Positions 40,255 to 52,810 of a DNA stretch of 64,000 nt are shown piece after piece. Positions within the stretch are counted from its first letter, which is position 1. Every line of letters starts with the position of its first letter. Where the stretch lies: contig NC_043007.1 of assembly GCF_006345805.1 (NCBI RefSeq), positions 31,744,001 to 31,808,000 on the forward strand, given 5' to 3'. The stretch is from Octopus sinensis (lineage: Eukaryota). A program made the translations under genes and the position numbers. The notes beneath the pieces were generated by a model. That model did not search any database and had not been told where the DNA came from. It saw only the letters and a program-made list of their open reading frames with translations.

Positions 40255-41344
40255 GTGGTAAGTAGCTTGCTTACCAACCACATGGTTCCGGGTTCATTCC
40301 CACTGCGTGGCACCTTGGGCAACTGTCTTCTATTATAGCCTCGGGCCGACCAAAGCCTTGTGAGTGGATTTGGTAGATGGGAACTGAAAGAAGCCCGTCG
40401 TGTATATATATATATATTGGCCCTGTTACTGGTCTTGTGCGTTTCTCACTAATGTGTATCTTATGTGAGTGCCTTATTCTTATGTGAGTGTCTCACTAAC
40501 ATCTGTCTTATGTGTATGTATCACAAATATTTTACACTGTCGAGGCGGCAAGCTGACAAAAATCGTTAGCATGCTGGACGGAATGCTTAACAGTATTTCA
40601 CCTGTCACTACACTTTGAGTTCAAATTCTGCCGAGGTCTACTTTGCCTTTCATCCTTTCGGGGTTGATAAATTAAATACTAGTTGTATACCAGGGTCGAT
40701 CTAATTGACAGGCCCTCTCCCCCAAAATTTCAGGTCTTGTGCCTATAGTAGAAAAGATTATATAGAATGCTTTGCGAAATTTCTTCTGATTCTCTCTCTC
40801 TTTTTCTTTCTCTCTGTGCTCTGAGTTCAAATCTCACGGAGGTCAAACTTGCTGTTCATCTTTTCAGGATCGATATAAAGAAAGAATACCACTACAGGAC
40901 GGCGGACTGGCAGACCTGTTAGATGGTCGGGAGAGATACTTGGCAGTGTCTTTTCCGCCATTTTGTCTTCTGGTTTCAACACCTATGAAATCACAATTGT
41001 GATTGGAGCATTAAATCTCTTTGCCCTTTCGTATTTTTGAGAACTTCCGCATCTATACATCAACACCGAGAAATTTTGTAAAGAGTTTATTCATTCAGTC
41101 CACATGTTTGAGTAAAATCTGAAACTATTTCGTCTTTTCTTCCTTACATGTTAGAGCAAAATATAAAACTGCTTCGTCTTCTTTTGACTTCCACATGTAG
41201 AACATAGAAATAAGGTAAATGAATGAAGCGTTGTGTCAATAACGTAAATATGTAGGACAATCACCTCTGTTTGGTGACATAATCAGAAGAAATGCTCGAC
41301 CGAAATACTAATCAGAAGATTAATGAATGAAAACAAAATATTTC

Positions 41345-41630
41345 TCTCTCTCTCTCTTTCTCTCTTTATCTATGTATGCATATGTATGTATGTATCAATG
41401 AATGTATGTATGTATGCATCCATGTATGCGTGTATGAATGAATGTATGTATGTATGTATGAATGAATGAATGTATGTATATATGTATGTATTTATGTATA
41501 TATGTATGTATGCATACATATATGTATATATGTATGCATGCATGCATGTATGTATGTATGTATGCATGTATGTATGTATGAATGAATGTATGTATGTATG
41601 TATGTATGTATGTGTATGTGTGTATATACA
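41345..41630. repeat. (TATG)n microsatellite; a counterpart lies at 44270-44535
   Basis: Read directly from the sequence. Confidence 0.93.
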
Positions 41631-41869
41631 TTTATAATATACGAAGTAGATCTAGCAAAAAAAATAGCGTGTTAATTTTGAGTTAGAAATCCTTTGGATA
41701 GAAGTCAAAAGCTGCCTGTGGGATTCGAAACCTTATATTCAGTAAACGTGACAGACGTTCTACCACTGGACCAAAAGTTTCAGACCTCTCTGGGAACGGA
41801 CCCACCCTAGGCAGAGCTTTTATGGGGGGGGGGGGTCTTTTGAATTTGCTGTATAAACATGCATGGGTT

Positions 41870-44060
41870 TCATTTGCTTTTTACTACATGTTAAGCCAAA
41901 ATATGAAACAATTTCATTTGTTTTCCACTACATGTTAAGCCAAAATATGAAACAATTTCATTTGTTTTCCACTACATGTTAAGCCAAAATATGAAACAAT
42001 TTCATTTGTTTTCCACTACATGTTAAGCCAAAATATGAAACAATTTCATTTGTTTTCCACTACATGTTAAGCCAAAATATGAAACATTTCATTTGTTTTC
42101 CACTACATGTTAAGCCAAAATATGAAACAATTTCATTTGTTTTCCACTACATGTTAAGCCAAAATATGAAACAATTTCATTTGTTTTCCACTACATGTTA
42201 AGCCAAAATATGAAACAATTTCATTTGTTTTCCACTACATGTTAAGCCAAAATATGAAACAATTTCATTTGTTTTCCACTACATGTTAAGCCAAAATATG
42301 AAACAATTTCATTTGTTTTCCACTACATGTTAAGCCAAAATATGAAACAATTTCATTTGTTTTCCACTACATGTTAAGCCAAAATATGAAACAATTTCAT
42401 TTGTTTTCCACTACATGTTAGCCAAAATATGAAACAATTTCATTTGTTTTCCACTACATGTTAAGCCAAAATATGAAACAATTTCATTTGTTTTCCACTA
42501 CATGTTAAGCCAAAATATGAAACAATTTCATTTGTTTTCCACTACATGTTAAGCCAAAATATGAAACAATTTCATTTGTTTTCCACTACATGTTAAGCCA
42601 AAATATGAAACAATTTCATTTGTTTTCCACTACATGTTAAGCCAAAATATGAAACATTTCATTTGTTTTCCACTACATGTTAAGCCAAAATATGAAACAA
42701 TTTCATTTGTTTTCCACTACATGTTAAGCCAAAAATGAAACAATTTCATTTGTTTTCCACTACATGTTAAGCCAAAATATGAAACAATTTCATTTGTTTT
42801 CCACTACATGTTAAGCCAAAATATGAAACAATTTCATTTGTTTTCCACTACATGTTAAGCCAAAATATGAAACAATTTCATTTGTTTTCCACTACATGTT
42901 AAGCCAAAATATGAAACAATTTCATTTGTTTTCACTACATGTTAAGCCAAAATATGAAACAATTTCATTTGTTTTCCACTACATGTTAAGCCAAAATATG
43001 AAACAATTTCATTTGTTTTCCACTACATGTTAAGCCAAAATATGAAACAATTTCATTTGTTTTCCACTACATGTTAAGCCAAAATATGAAACAATTTCAT
43101 TTGTTTTCCACTACATGTTAAGCCAAAATATGAAACAATTTCATTTGTTTTCCACTACATGTTAAGCCAAAATATGAAACAATTTCATTTGTTTTCCACT
43201 ACATGTTAAGCCAAAATATGAAACAATTTCATTTGTTTTCCACTACATGTTAAGCCAAAATATGAAACAATTTCATTTGTTTTCCACTACATGTTAAGCC
43301 AAAATATGAAACAATTTCATTTGTTTTCCACTACATGTTAAGCCAAAATATGAAACAATTTCATTTGTTTTCCACTACATGTTAAGCCAAAATATGAAAC
43401 AATTTCATTTGTTTTCCACTACATGTTAAGCCAAAATATGAAACAATTTCATTTGTTTTCCACTACATGTTAAGCCAAAATATGAAACAATTTCATTTGT
43501 TTTCACTACATGTTAAGCCAAAATATGAAACAATTTCATTTGTTTTCCACTACATGTTAAGCCAAAATATGAAACAATTTCATTTGTTTTCCACTACATG
43601 TTAAGCCAAAATATGAAACAATTTCATTTGTTTTCCACTACATGTTAAGCCAAAATATGAAACAATTTCATTTGTTTTCCACTACATGTTAAGCCAAAAT
43701 ATGAAACAATTTCATTTGTTTTCCACTACATGTTAAGCCAAAATATGAAACAATTTCATTTGTTTTCCACTACATGTTAAGCCAAAATATGAAACAATTT
43801 CATTTGTTTTCCACTACATGTTAAGCCAAAATATGAAACAATTTCATTTGTTTTCCACTACATGTTAAGCCAAAATATGAAACAATTTCATTTGTTTTCC
43901 ACTACATGTTAAGCCAAAATATGAAACAATTTCATTTGTTTTCCACTACATGTTAAGCCAAAATATGAAACAATTTCATTTGTTTTCCACTACATGTTAA
44001 GCCAAAATATGAAACAATTTCGCCTATTTTTTACTACATGTTAAAGCAAAATATGAAAAC
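41870..44060. repeat. 44-bp satellite, about 49 copies, in NENF intron 2
   Basis: Unit CATGTTAAGCCAAAATATGAAACAATTTCATTTGTTTTCCACTA. Units are near-identical, with only occasional 1-bp deletions. Confidence 0.98.
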
Positions 44061-44317
44061 GGCCCACCTTCTTTTGACTTCTAATATGTAGAAGATATTT
44101 GAAACAAATAAATGAATGAAGTGTTGTGTCAATAACGTAAACATGTAGGACAATCACCTCTGTTTGGTGACATAATCGGAGGAAATGCTTGACCGAAATT
44201 TAATCAAAAGATTAATGAATGAAAACATAAAAATTGTGTTCTCTCAATCTCCCACACATTCTCTCTCTGTATGTATGTATGAATGTATGTATGTATGTAT
44301 GTATAAATGTATGTATG

Positions 44318-44356
<39 letters not shown>

Positions 44357-44544
44357 ATGAATGTATGTATGTATGTATGAAAGTATGTATGTGTGTATGT
44401 ATGAATGTATGTATGTGTGTGTATGTATGTATGTATATGTGTGTGTGTATGTATGTATGTATGTATGTATGTATGTATGTATGTATGAATGTATGTATGT
44501 GTGTGTATGCATGTATGAATGTATGTATGTATGTAAGTATTTAA

Positions 44545-44885
44545 GGACTGTCAAGTCCTCGTTAAAGGCCTGTGATATGCAGGACACTGACTGGGAGAAC
44601 AATGCCTGTCATCACCACAGATGGAGGAAGCAGGTTAAAGAGAGGATCGACACTTTTGAGAGAGCACGTATCCAGCATGAAGAACTTAAGCGAGCTGCGC
44701 GAAAGCGCACGGCTCGTATAGTGAATGGGGAAAGCTTGGTCTGCAATGTTTGCAGTCGTGTATGCTTGTCAAGAGCAGGGCTCATTAGCCAACAATGGAG
44801 CCGCAAATGCAAAATATAAGTTAGTCCTAGAGCGCACAATGTTCCTGAAGGTCGCAATGGTCTTCCTCGGTCACGAGTGGATGGC
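44545..44885 (+). mobile_element. RTE-BovB-like LINE 3' end inserted in a (TATG)n tract
   Basis: WENNACHHHRWRKQVKERIDTFE...CNVCSRVCLSRAGLISQ resembles the BovB C-terminal zinc-finger tail. Confidence 0.75.
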
Positions 44886-44957
44886 CATCATGTATGTATG
44901 TATGTATGTATGTATGTATGTGTATGTATTTATGTATGTATGTATGTATGTATATAT

Positions 44958-45240
44958 GTGAAGGCATGTGGTCATGATCATAAGATCGTGAGATCGATTT
45001 CCATTGGCGCATTGCATCCTTGAGCAAGACACTTTATTTCATGTTGCTCCGGTCCCCTCACCTGGCAAAAATGAGTTTGTACCTGTAATTCAAACAGGGC
45101 CGGCCTTGTCACACTCTGTGTTACACTGGATCTCCCCTGAGAACTACGTTAAAGATACGCATGTCTGTAGAGTACTCAGCCATTTGAACATTAATTTCTC
45201 AAGCAGAATGTTCCGTTGATCGGATCGACTGGAACCCTTG
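44958..45240 (+). mobile_element. tRNA-derived SINE, family G
   Basis: Its 3' part is shared with 3632-3772 and 57793-57950 (gggccagccttgtcac...gatcggatcaactggaaccct). Confidence 0.65.
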
Positions 45241-46024
45241 AGTGATTCTTACCAAAGAGCTTATAATATCCATGGCTAAGGGCATTTTTTTCTTTGTTTG
45301 CTTCTTTGGTACTTCCTTATTTATCATCAGCCAATTTTACATTTACAAATGGATAAGGTGAATGAACTGTCACACTTGTAATACAGGTGTAATAGTTGAT
45401 TTGGAACAGCTATCACTACTTCATAGAGAAGGAAGAAGGGCAAGGAATGGGTCATTGTTTCCTTCAGTGAAAGAATCATCATCATCATCATCACCATCGT
45501 CGTCATCATCATCATCATCATCATCAATTATTATATGTTTGACTTTTGCTTTACATTTGTACAAGTTGGCTCCAAGTCTCACCCAGAGACCTCAAGAGAC
45601 AAGTTGGAAGTTCATGTTGGTGTTATGCCTAGGGTGCCATATATTTGGTTTTGTTGTTGTTGTTCTTCTTCTTCTTATTATTATTATTATTAGTAGTAGT
45701 ATTTTTGTCCAAAACATTTGTTTTTTACATTTGTTACCCTTCAATTCGGTGCCCTTTTCCGGTAAATTTTTCCCAGTAGTTTTCTCCATGGGGTAATGAT
45801 ATCCATTCCGAAAGTCCACTGATCAACTGTTATGTCCGTCTCATGAATGTAATAATTTATTTTCTAATACTTTACTAAAAAAAAAAAAAAATGGCTGCTG
45901 ATAACAAGAAATTGCCATCCGAAGTGTGTAAGTCAAAGCTGGAACGCCTTTCATCATGAGTTTGCTTAATTAAATCTGACCTGCATTAAAAAAACAACTA
46001 ATGATTCTTTGCTTCTTTTGTTCA

Positions 46025-46236
46025 TTTATTTGTTTCAGTCATTTGACTGAGGCCATGCTGGAGCATCACCTTTAGTCGAGCAAATAATCGACACCCCAGG
46101 ACTTATTCTTTGTAAGCCTAGTACTTAATCTATCGGTCGCTTTTGCCGAACCGCTAAGTTACGGGGATGTAAACACACCAACATCGGTTGTCAAGCGATG
46201 TTGGATGGACAAACACTCACACACAAATATATACAC

Positions 46237-46275
<39 letters not shown>

Positions 46276-46398
46276 TATGACGAGCTTCTTTCAGTTTCCG
46301 TCTACCAAATCCACTCACAAAGCTTTGGTTGGCCTGAGGCTATAGTAGAAGGCACTTGCCTAGGGTGCCATGCAGTGGGACTGAGCCCAGAACCATGT
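46025..46398 (-). mobile_element. SINE family A upstream of NENF exon 3
   Basis: Family A consensus with an internal (CA)n. Confidence 0.85.
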
Positions 46399-46517
46399 CG
46401 TTGTTTAGCAGTTAAATTTAAAAAATTTTTATTCATGTTTCATGCTTAAAACGAACTATTTGACCTTGCTGCTGATATTTAACGGTTCCTTCTATTTTGC
46501 TTTCCGTTTTTTTCTAG

Positions 46518-46627
46518 AATTCTACGGAAAGAATGCAGTATATAACCGATTAGTCGGAAGAGATTCTACCAATGCTGTGGCTAAAATGAGCCTCCATGAA
46601 ACAGACGTCAGTAAAGCACACGACATT
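46518..46627 (+). CDS. NENF: Neudesin exon 3 (heme-binding FYG...Y motif)
   Basis: Acceptor tttttctag|, then (E)FYGKNAVYNRLVGRDSTNAVAKMSLHETDVSKAHDI, then donor |gtaagt. Matches [26 protein letters not shown]. Phases 1 to 0. Confidence 0.95.
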
Positions 46628-46842
46628 GTAAGTTCTCTTGAATATCCATCCATCATTCCATCCATTCATCTATCTTTTCCACCCTTGATTCTTGCGGCGG
46701 TTGTAGAGGTAGAGTCCTCGGGCATCTCCTCTATATAAGCAACCATCAGTACACTTTTCACATGAATTCCTAAACTTGACCATCTGAGACTAAGGATTTT
46801 AACCCATCATCTTGTTTTTCTTCTTTTTTTTGTCTATACTCT

Positions 46843-47150
46843 TTTTTTACTTGTTTCAGTCATTTGACTGTGGCCATGCTGGAACTCTGCCTTTAGTCGA
46901 GCAAATAGACCCCAGGACTTATTCTTTGTAAGCCTAGTACTTATTCTATCGGTCTCTTTTGCCAAACTGCTAAGTTATGGGGACATAAACACACCAGCAT
47001 CGGTGGCAAGGGATAAACACACACACACACATACACACGTGCACATACATACAAACACATATCTATATGATGGGATTCCTCACAAACTCCGTCCACTCAA
47101 AAAGACTTTGGTTGGCCTGAGGCTAGAGTACAAGACATTTGTCCAAGTCA
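46843..47150 (-). mobile_element. SINE family A in NENF intron 3
   Basis: Family A consensus; the head is truncated near the exon 4 acceptor. Confidence 0.8.
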
Positions 47151-47189
47151 GAACAGTGTGAGACTAAACTTTCCTCATTTATTTTACAG

Positions 47190-47336
47190 AGTGATTTGAG
47201 TGAAACCCAATTGAAGGATCTGGAAGAGATATTTCACCAAGTTTATTTGGCGAAGTACCCGATCGTTGGATTTATGGATTATTTGCTGTCTGTCGAAGAA
47301 TTTGCCAAACAGATAAAGCCTCAAGATGAGCTGTAA
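47190..47336 (+). CDS. NENF: Neudesin exon 4 (terminal coding exon)
   Basis: Acceptor attttacag|, then SDLSETQLKDLEEIFHQVYLAKYPIVGFMDYLLSVEEFAKQIKPQDEL*. Matches neudesin VYKAKYPIVG. The four exons join to 465 nt, i.e. 154 aa plus stop. Confidence 0.95.
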   Translation, partial: SDLSETQLKDLEEIFHQVYLAKYPIVGFMDYLLSVEEFAKQIKPQDEL

Positions 47337-47366
47337 AAGGAGGTTCCACAAGAATTCTTTTACTCT

Positions 47367-47755
47367 TTTACTTGTCTCAGTCATTTGACTGTGGCCATGC
47401 TGGAGCACTGCCTTTAGTCGAGCAAATCGACCCCAGGACTTATTCTTTGTATGCCTAGTACTTATTCTACCTGTCTCTTTTGCCGAACAGCTAAGTTGCA
47501 GTGATGTAAACACACCAGCATCGATTGTCAAGCGATGTTGGGGGGACAAATACAAACACATAAACACACACACAAATGCATGCACATATATATACATACA
47601 TATATACGACAGGCTTCTTTCAGTTTCCGTCTACCAAATCTACTCACAAGGCTTTGGTCGGCCCGCAGCTATAGTAGGAGACACTTGCCCCAGGTGCCAC
47701 ACAGTGGGAATGAACCCAGAACCATGTGGTTGGTAAGCAAGCTACTTACCACACC
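47367..47755 (-). mobile_element. SINE family A about 30 nt after the NENF stop codon
   Basis: Near full-length family A copy. Confidence 0.88.
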
Positions 47756-48237
47756 TGCACTGAAAGTTTCTTACAATCATTTGTGTCTTAATGTTTAAAT
47801 TCACACCAGATGGAAATATCCAGTTTTAGTTTTGACTCTTGGTATCAGCCATTTTATTTAATCTTGGGATTCTTCCAAAGCAAAAAAAGTTGAGTTTTGT
47901 AATAACAATGATACTGCTTTTGTGTAGTCTTCGATTAAAAGACAGATATATTTTCAACAGTAACAGGGAACAGATTCTGTAGAACGCTGGGCAAAATTGT
48001 TGTGGCATTTACTTGCATTTGAGTTTTGAGTTCAAATCACGCTGGGTTTAACTTTCTCATTCACCCTTCTAAAATCTACAAAACATTTTGTGAATTTGAT
48101 TCAATGAAACAAGCTCACCTAAAAGTTTGTAAGGTCTTCTTGTGGTTTTGTGTCAGTGATAAAAACCAATACTAAATATGTTTAACAGATAATAATTTGA
48201 TAAAAAGAGATAATATGACAGAAGATTAAATGCATTA

Positions 48238-48370
48238 TACGAGGTGTGTCAAAAGTAACAAGACTTACTGTTTAGTAAGCTATGTGTGGGGTAGGAATTA
48301 ACGATATGCGTCATCGTATGACGTAATATCCAGAAAGTAGATAACTGCAGCATCAGCTCTCTGCAGCCAT

Positions 48371-48407
<37 letters not shown>

Positions 48408-48984
48408 ATTATTGGTGAATTGAAGAAATGGAGCTGAACGCAGATTGAACAGAAATCGTTTTATTTCATTCTACACGTGTTTCAAAAGGCACAAATTACC
48501 AAAATCCGATTGAATAATGGGACCATATTGTGTCTTTCTCTTCAGGAAGAAAAAAGGAAATCCGTTGGAAAAACAAAAACAGAACAGAGGCGGAGCAAAA
48601 ACAAATCGAACTAAGCTCCTATGTATTTTTGTTAACAGCTCCTCAGTTTTAGGCCATCAAGCGTTTCTTGGTCACCCTGCATCCAGCAGTTCTTTGCCAG
48701 GAAGAACAGCACTGTGCTGGAGCAACCTCCCTACTCATCCGACTTGGCTCCGTGTGATTTTTTCCCCCTTGGAGACACGTTTTCGTGACGTGGCAGCCAT
48801 CAAGAAGGCCGTGATGACGGAGCTGTGGCAAATTCCTCCAGGAGAGAATGGAGGCATGGCAGAGAAGGATGGTAAAGTACATTAGACGCAAGTGGAGATT
48901 ATTTTGAAAGAGAAATCTTGTAGTTTGGATTTGGCATAAATTTTTGGCGGCCCCAGTCATGTTTCTTTTCTGACACAACTCATA
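48238..48984 (+). mobile_element. Internally deleted mariner transposon
   Basis: Termini TA-cgaggtgtgtcaaaagtaacaagact and agtcatgtttcttttctgacacaactca-TA. Internal decayed PPYSSDLAPCDF motif at about 48728-48765. Confidence 0.8.
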
Positions 48985-50267
48985 CACAATTGGTTTAATT
49001 TTTCGTTCCTCTGAAAATAAATATGAAAGCACGTGGCCTAGGATGTTGCACTCGCGATTACAAGGTAGTGGTTTTTGATTCTCAGACCGAGCAGTGCCTT
49101 GTTTTCTTGAACAAAACACTTTGTGGCTGGCTGGTTGGTTATGTTTGTGAGGCTGCTTGCCGAATAATATTGGGTTGTCCGGAAAGTTTGTGCCGATTTA
49201 TAGTAGCTTACCATTCGACTTATTTTAGAACATGGTTGAGTCCATAAAATAGGATTTGACTACACTTCCATTTAACATTTTGGCAAAAGAGAGCGATAGA
49301 ACAAGCACCAGATGTAAAAAAAAATTACTGGGGTTGTTACATTCAATTAAAAAATTTTCAAGGCAATGCCCCAGCATGGCCACAGTCTAATGACTGAAAT
49401 AAGTAAAAAATAAAAGAATAAAAGAGAAGCAAAGTGGTAAATTTATATATTTTTTTTTATTTCAGTATTTATAATTACATTTTTACAATAAATATAATTA
49501 TACCGTTTGTAGGTATATGTAATAAAGTTAACATTCAATGCGGCATTATTAGGTTGTATTCAATTTCATACAGGCTGTAAATATTTTTAAAAATCCTTTC
49601 CTGTCCCTTGAGATGTCCAGGTAATATTTTTGTTCAATAGTTGTCTCGAATTAAAAACAAACCCCAGTTATTACTGTACGTTAATATGATTTGAATCCAG
49701 AAAAACCTCGCCAATCGAGATTGCGCCAGCGGCGATGATAAAGATAATTTATGCTGATTGTGATAATGAGGAGGAGGAGGTGATGATGAAGAGGAGGAGG
49801 ATATTAACTTTGGATTATCAGTGAAACAATTATGCAAATCTGTGTCAGTTTGAGATAAAATGGAAAATAAGGTGAAGAATGAGAAGCGAAAAGTAAATTA
49901 GTACCATCAACGATTAAAGAATAGTTAGGCCCAGAATCTGAGGAAAATGGTATGGTAGTGTACTGGTAACAATTAATTCAGACGGGAGTTTATAGAAGAG
50001 TTTTAAAGATTTCCAGGCACTTAAGGGCTGCCCAAAAATAATGTTTCGTATCTTTCTCCTTCATCTGAGAATGGGGAAACAAGTGTGCTAGTAAGGTGAT
50101 AACATCTGTTTCTGCTTTCTCACTCCGAGATTCTTCAAAACCAGTTCACAACAACACTCATATACATACACTCGCATAATATCTGTATGTACATATACAC
50201 ACGTATTTCTGTGTGTATATATATACATATATGTACACGCGTATATATTTACACACACACACATACG

Positions 50268-50274
<7 letters not shown>

Positions 50275-50299
<25 letters not shown>

Positions 50300-52520
50300 C
50301 ATACATGCATATATACATACATACATACATAGGTATACATGGCCGCAGTCTAATGACTGAAAAGAGTAAAAGATAAAATATTTACACATATATGTTATAT
50401 ATTGTATATTATACACATACACACACACATACACACATATTTAAATATTACATATATGAAAGGGTGCCGAAAAGGTTCAGATTCACACACTCATTGCATC
50501 TCTCAGATTCACACATTTATTGCAGTGGTCCTTCAGTTTTTCTAAGCCCTGTAAAGGAACTCGGAAGTTTGGGCCTCCAGCCAAATCTTTCGCGATTCCC
50601 TTAAAGCCAGGAAATTCTTAGCAACTCTTCGTATATACACACAGGCATGGCTGTGTGGTTTCAGGTTCAGTCCCACCGTGTGACACCTTAAACAAGTGTC
50701 TTATCTACTGTTACCCTGGGCCAGCAAAAGCTCTGTGAGTAGATTTAGTAGATGGAAACTGAAAGCATTTTGCCATAAATGTGTGTATGTGTGTGTGTTA
50801 CGGCAGAGCGGTTAGATTCAAATATCTACAATAATTCCTTCTTTCAAGATCAACTCCCGGCAGATCTTCCTAATCTTTCTACGCAGACTTAATTTTGCTG
50901 GCTTGTTTCAGTAAACGTACTTCAGACTCTGGACTTTGTTATTCATTGTTATACTTATATATATATATATTTTTTTTTAGGTTTCAGTTTTACTTTTCCT
51001 TTTCTTTTCTTTTTTGCTTTTTTTGTGCTGTTGTTGGTTTGTTGCGATATCGTTTGTTAGGTGAGAAATAACCCTGATAAGACATTACTTCTGATGTCAT
51101 CATGTCCGAATTTATGATAAAATAGGGTGGATTTTTAAGATACATTTTTAAATAATAGTCGAGAACTTTCAGTTCCCATTGCAGTGTAGAAAATTTAATT
51201 TTAATCTCATGGTTAGATATGTACAGTTCAATATATTCATATAAATGTATATATATATATATAAATATGGAAAAAAAAATTGCCGTTAAATGTACGAAAA
51301 AATACATATATGTATGTATGTGAGTATGAGTGTGTGTATGTGCATATATATAAATACACACACACACATATACACATATCTATCTATGTATAATATATAT
51401 ATATATATATACATACATACATGCATATATACATACATACATACATAGGTATACATGGCCGCAGTCTAATGACTGAAAAGAGTAAAAGATAAAATATTTA
51501 CACATATATGTTATATATTGTATATTATACACATACACACACACATACACACATATTTAAATATTACATATATGAAAGGGTGCCGAAAAGGTTCAGATTC
51601 ACACACTCATTGCATCTCTCAGATTCACACATTTATTGCAGTGGTCCTTCAGTTTTTCTAAGCCCTGTAAAGGAACTCGGAAGTTTGGGCCTCCAGCCAA
51701 ATCTTTCGCGATTCCCTTAAAGCCAGGAAATTCTTAGCAACTCTTCGTATATACACACAGGCATGGCTGTGTGGTTTCAGGTTCAGTCCCACCGTGTGAC
51801 ACCTTAACAAGTGTCTTATCTACTGTTACCCTGGGCCAGCAAAAGCTCTGTGAGTAGATTTAGTAGATGGAAACTGAAAGCATTTTGCCATAAATGTGTG
51901 TATGTGTGTGTGTTACGGCAGAGCGGTTAGATTCAAATATCTACAATAATTCCTTCTTTCAAGATCAACTCCCGGCAGATCTTCCTAATCTTTCTACGCA
52001 GACTTAATTTTGCTGGCTTGTTTCAGTAAACGTACTTCAGACTCTGGACTTTGTTATTCATTGTTATACTTATATATATATATTTTTTTTTAGGTTTCAG
52101 TTTTACTTTTCCTTTTCTTTTCTTTTTTGCTTTTTTTGTGCTGTTGTTGGTTTGTTGCGATATCGTTTGTTAGGTGAGAAATAACCCTGATAAGACATTA
52201 CTTCTGATGTCATCATGTCCGAATTTATGATAAAATAGGGTGGATTTTTAAGATACATTTTTAAATAATAGTCGAGAACTTTCAGTTCCCATTGCAGTGT
52301 AGAAAATTTAATTTTAATCTCATGGTTAGATATGTACAGTTCAATATATTCATATAAATGTATATATATATATATAAATATGAAAAAAAAAATTGCCGTT
52401 AAATGTACGAAAAAATACATATATGTATGTATGTGAGTATGAGTGTGTGTATGTGCATATATATAAATACACACACACACATATACACATATCTATCTAT
52501 GTATAATATATATATATATA
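50275..52520. repeat. Near-identical tandem duplication of about 1.1 kb
   Basis: The two units are offset by about 1116 bp; for example, the ORF at 50392 is identical to the ORF at 51508. Confidence 0.95.
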
Positions 52521-52524
52521 TAAC

Positions 52525-52810
52525 AATTGCAGCGTGGGAGGTGTTTAGAAGCCATTTAAGAAACACACAAAACCGTTAGATTCACTTCAACATTTAAATT
52601 TAATTTGTCAAATTATTTTCGTCGCTTTGAGACCGCGACCTTTTCACTGACAAAGCTTCGTGCTGCATGACAAATTAAATTTAAATGTTGAAGTGAATCT
52701 AACGGTTTTTGTGTGTTTCTTAAATGTTTATAAACACCTTCCACGCTGCAATTATTTTCGTTCCAGCACACGACCTCAGATCAAGTCACTTGCTATGCAA
52801 GTACATCTCT
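52525..52810. mobile_element. Repeat with an inverted terminal duplication of about 86 bp (Penelope-like arrangement)
   Basis: Arms 52525-52610 and 52668-52753. The same family occurs uninverted at 25050-25270. Confidence 0.6.

Noticed and set aside
42063-43553. Apparent 13-unit higher-order repeat (the same 1-bp deletions recur 13 units apart twice)
   Set aside because: Other variants (at about 42414 and 42735) do not recur at that spacing. Single-base deletions in such arrays are also typical long-read consensus errors.
41870-44060. 44-bp array as a CRISPR array
   Set aside because: The units are contiguous with no unique spacers, there are no cas genes, and the context is eukaryotic.
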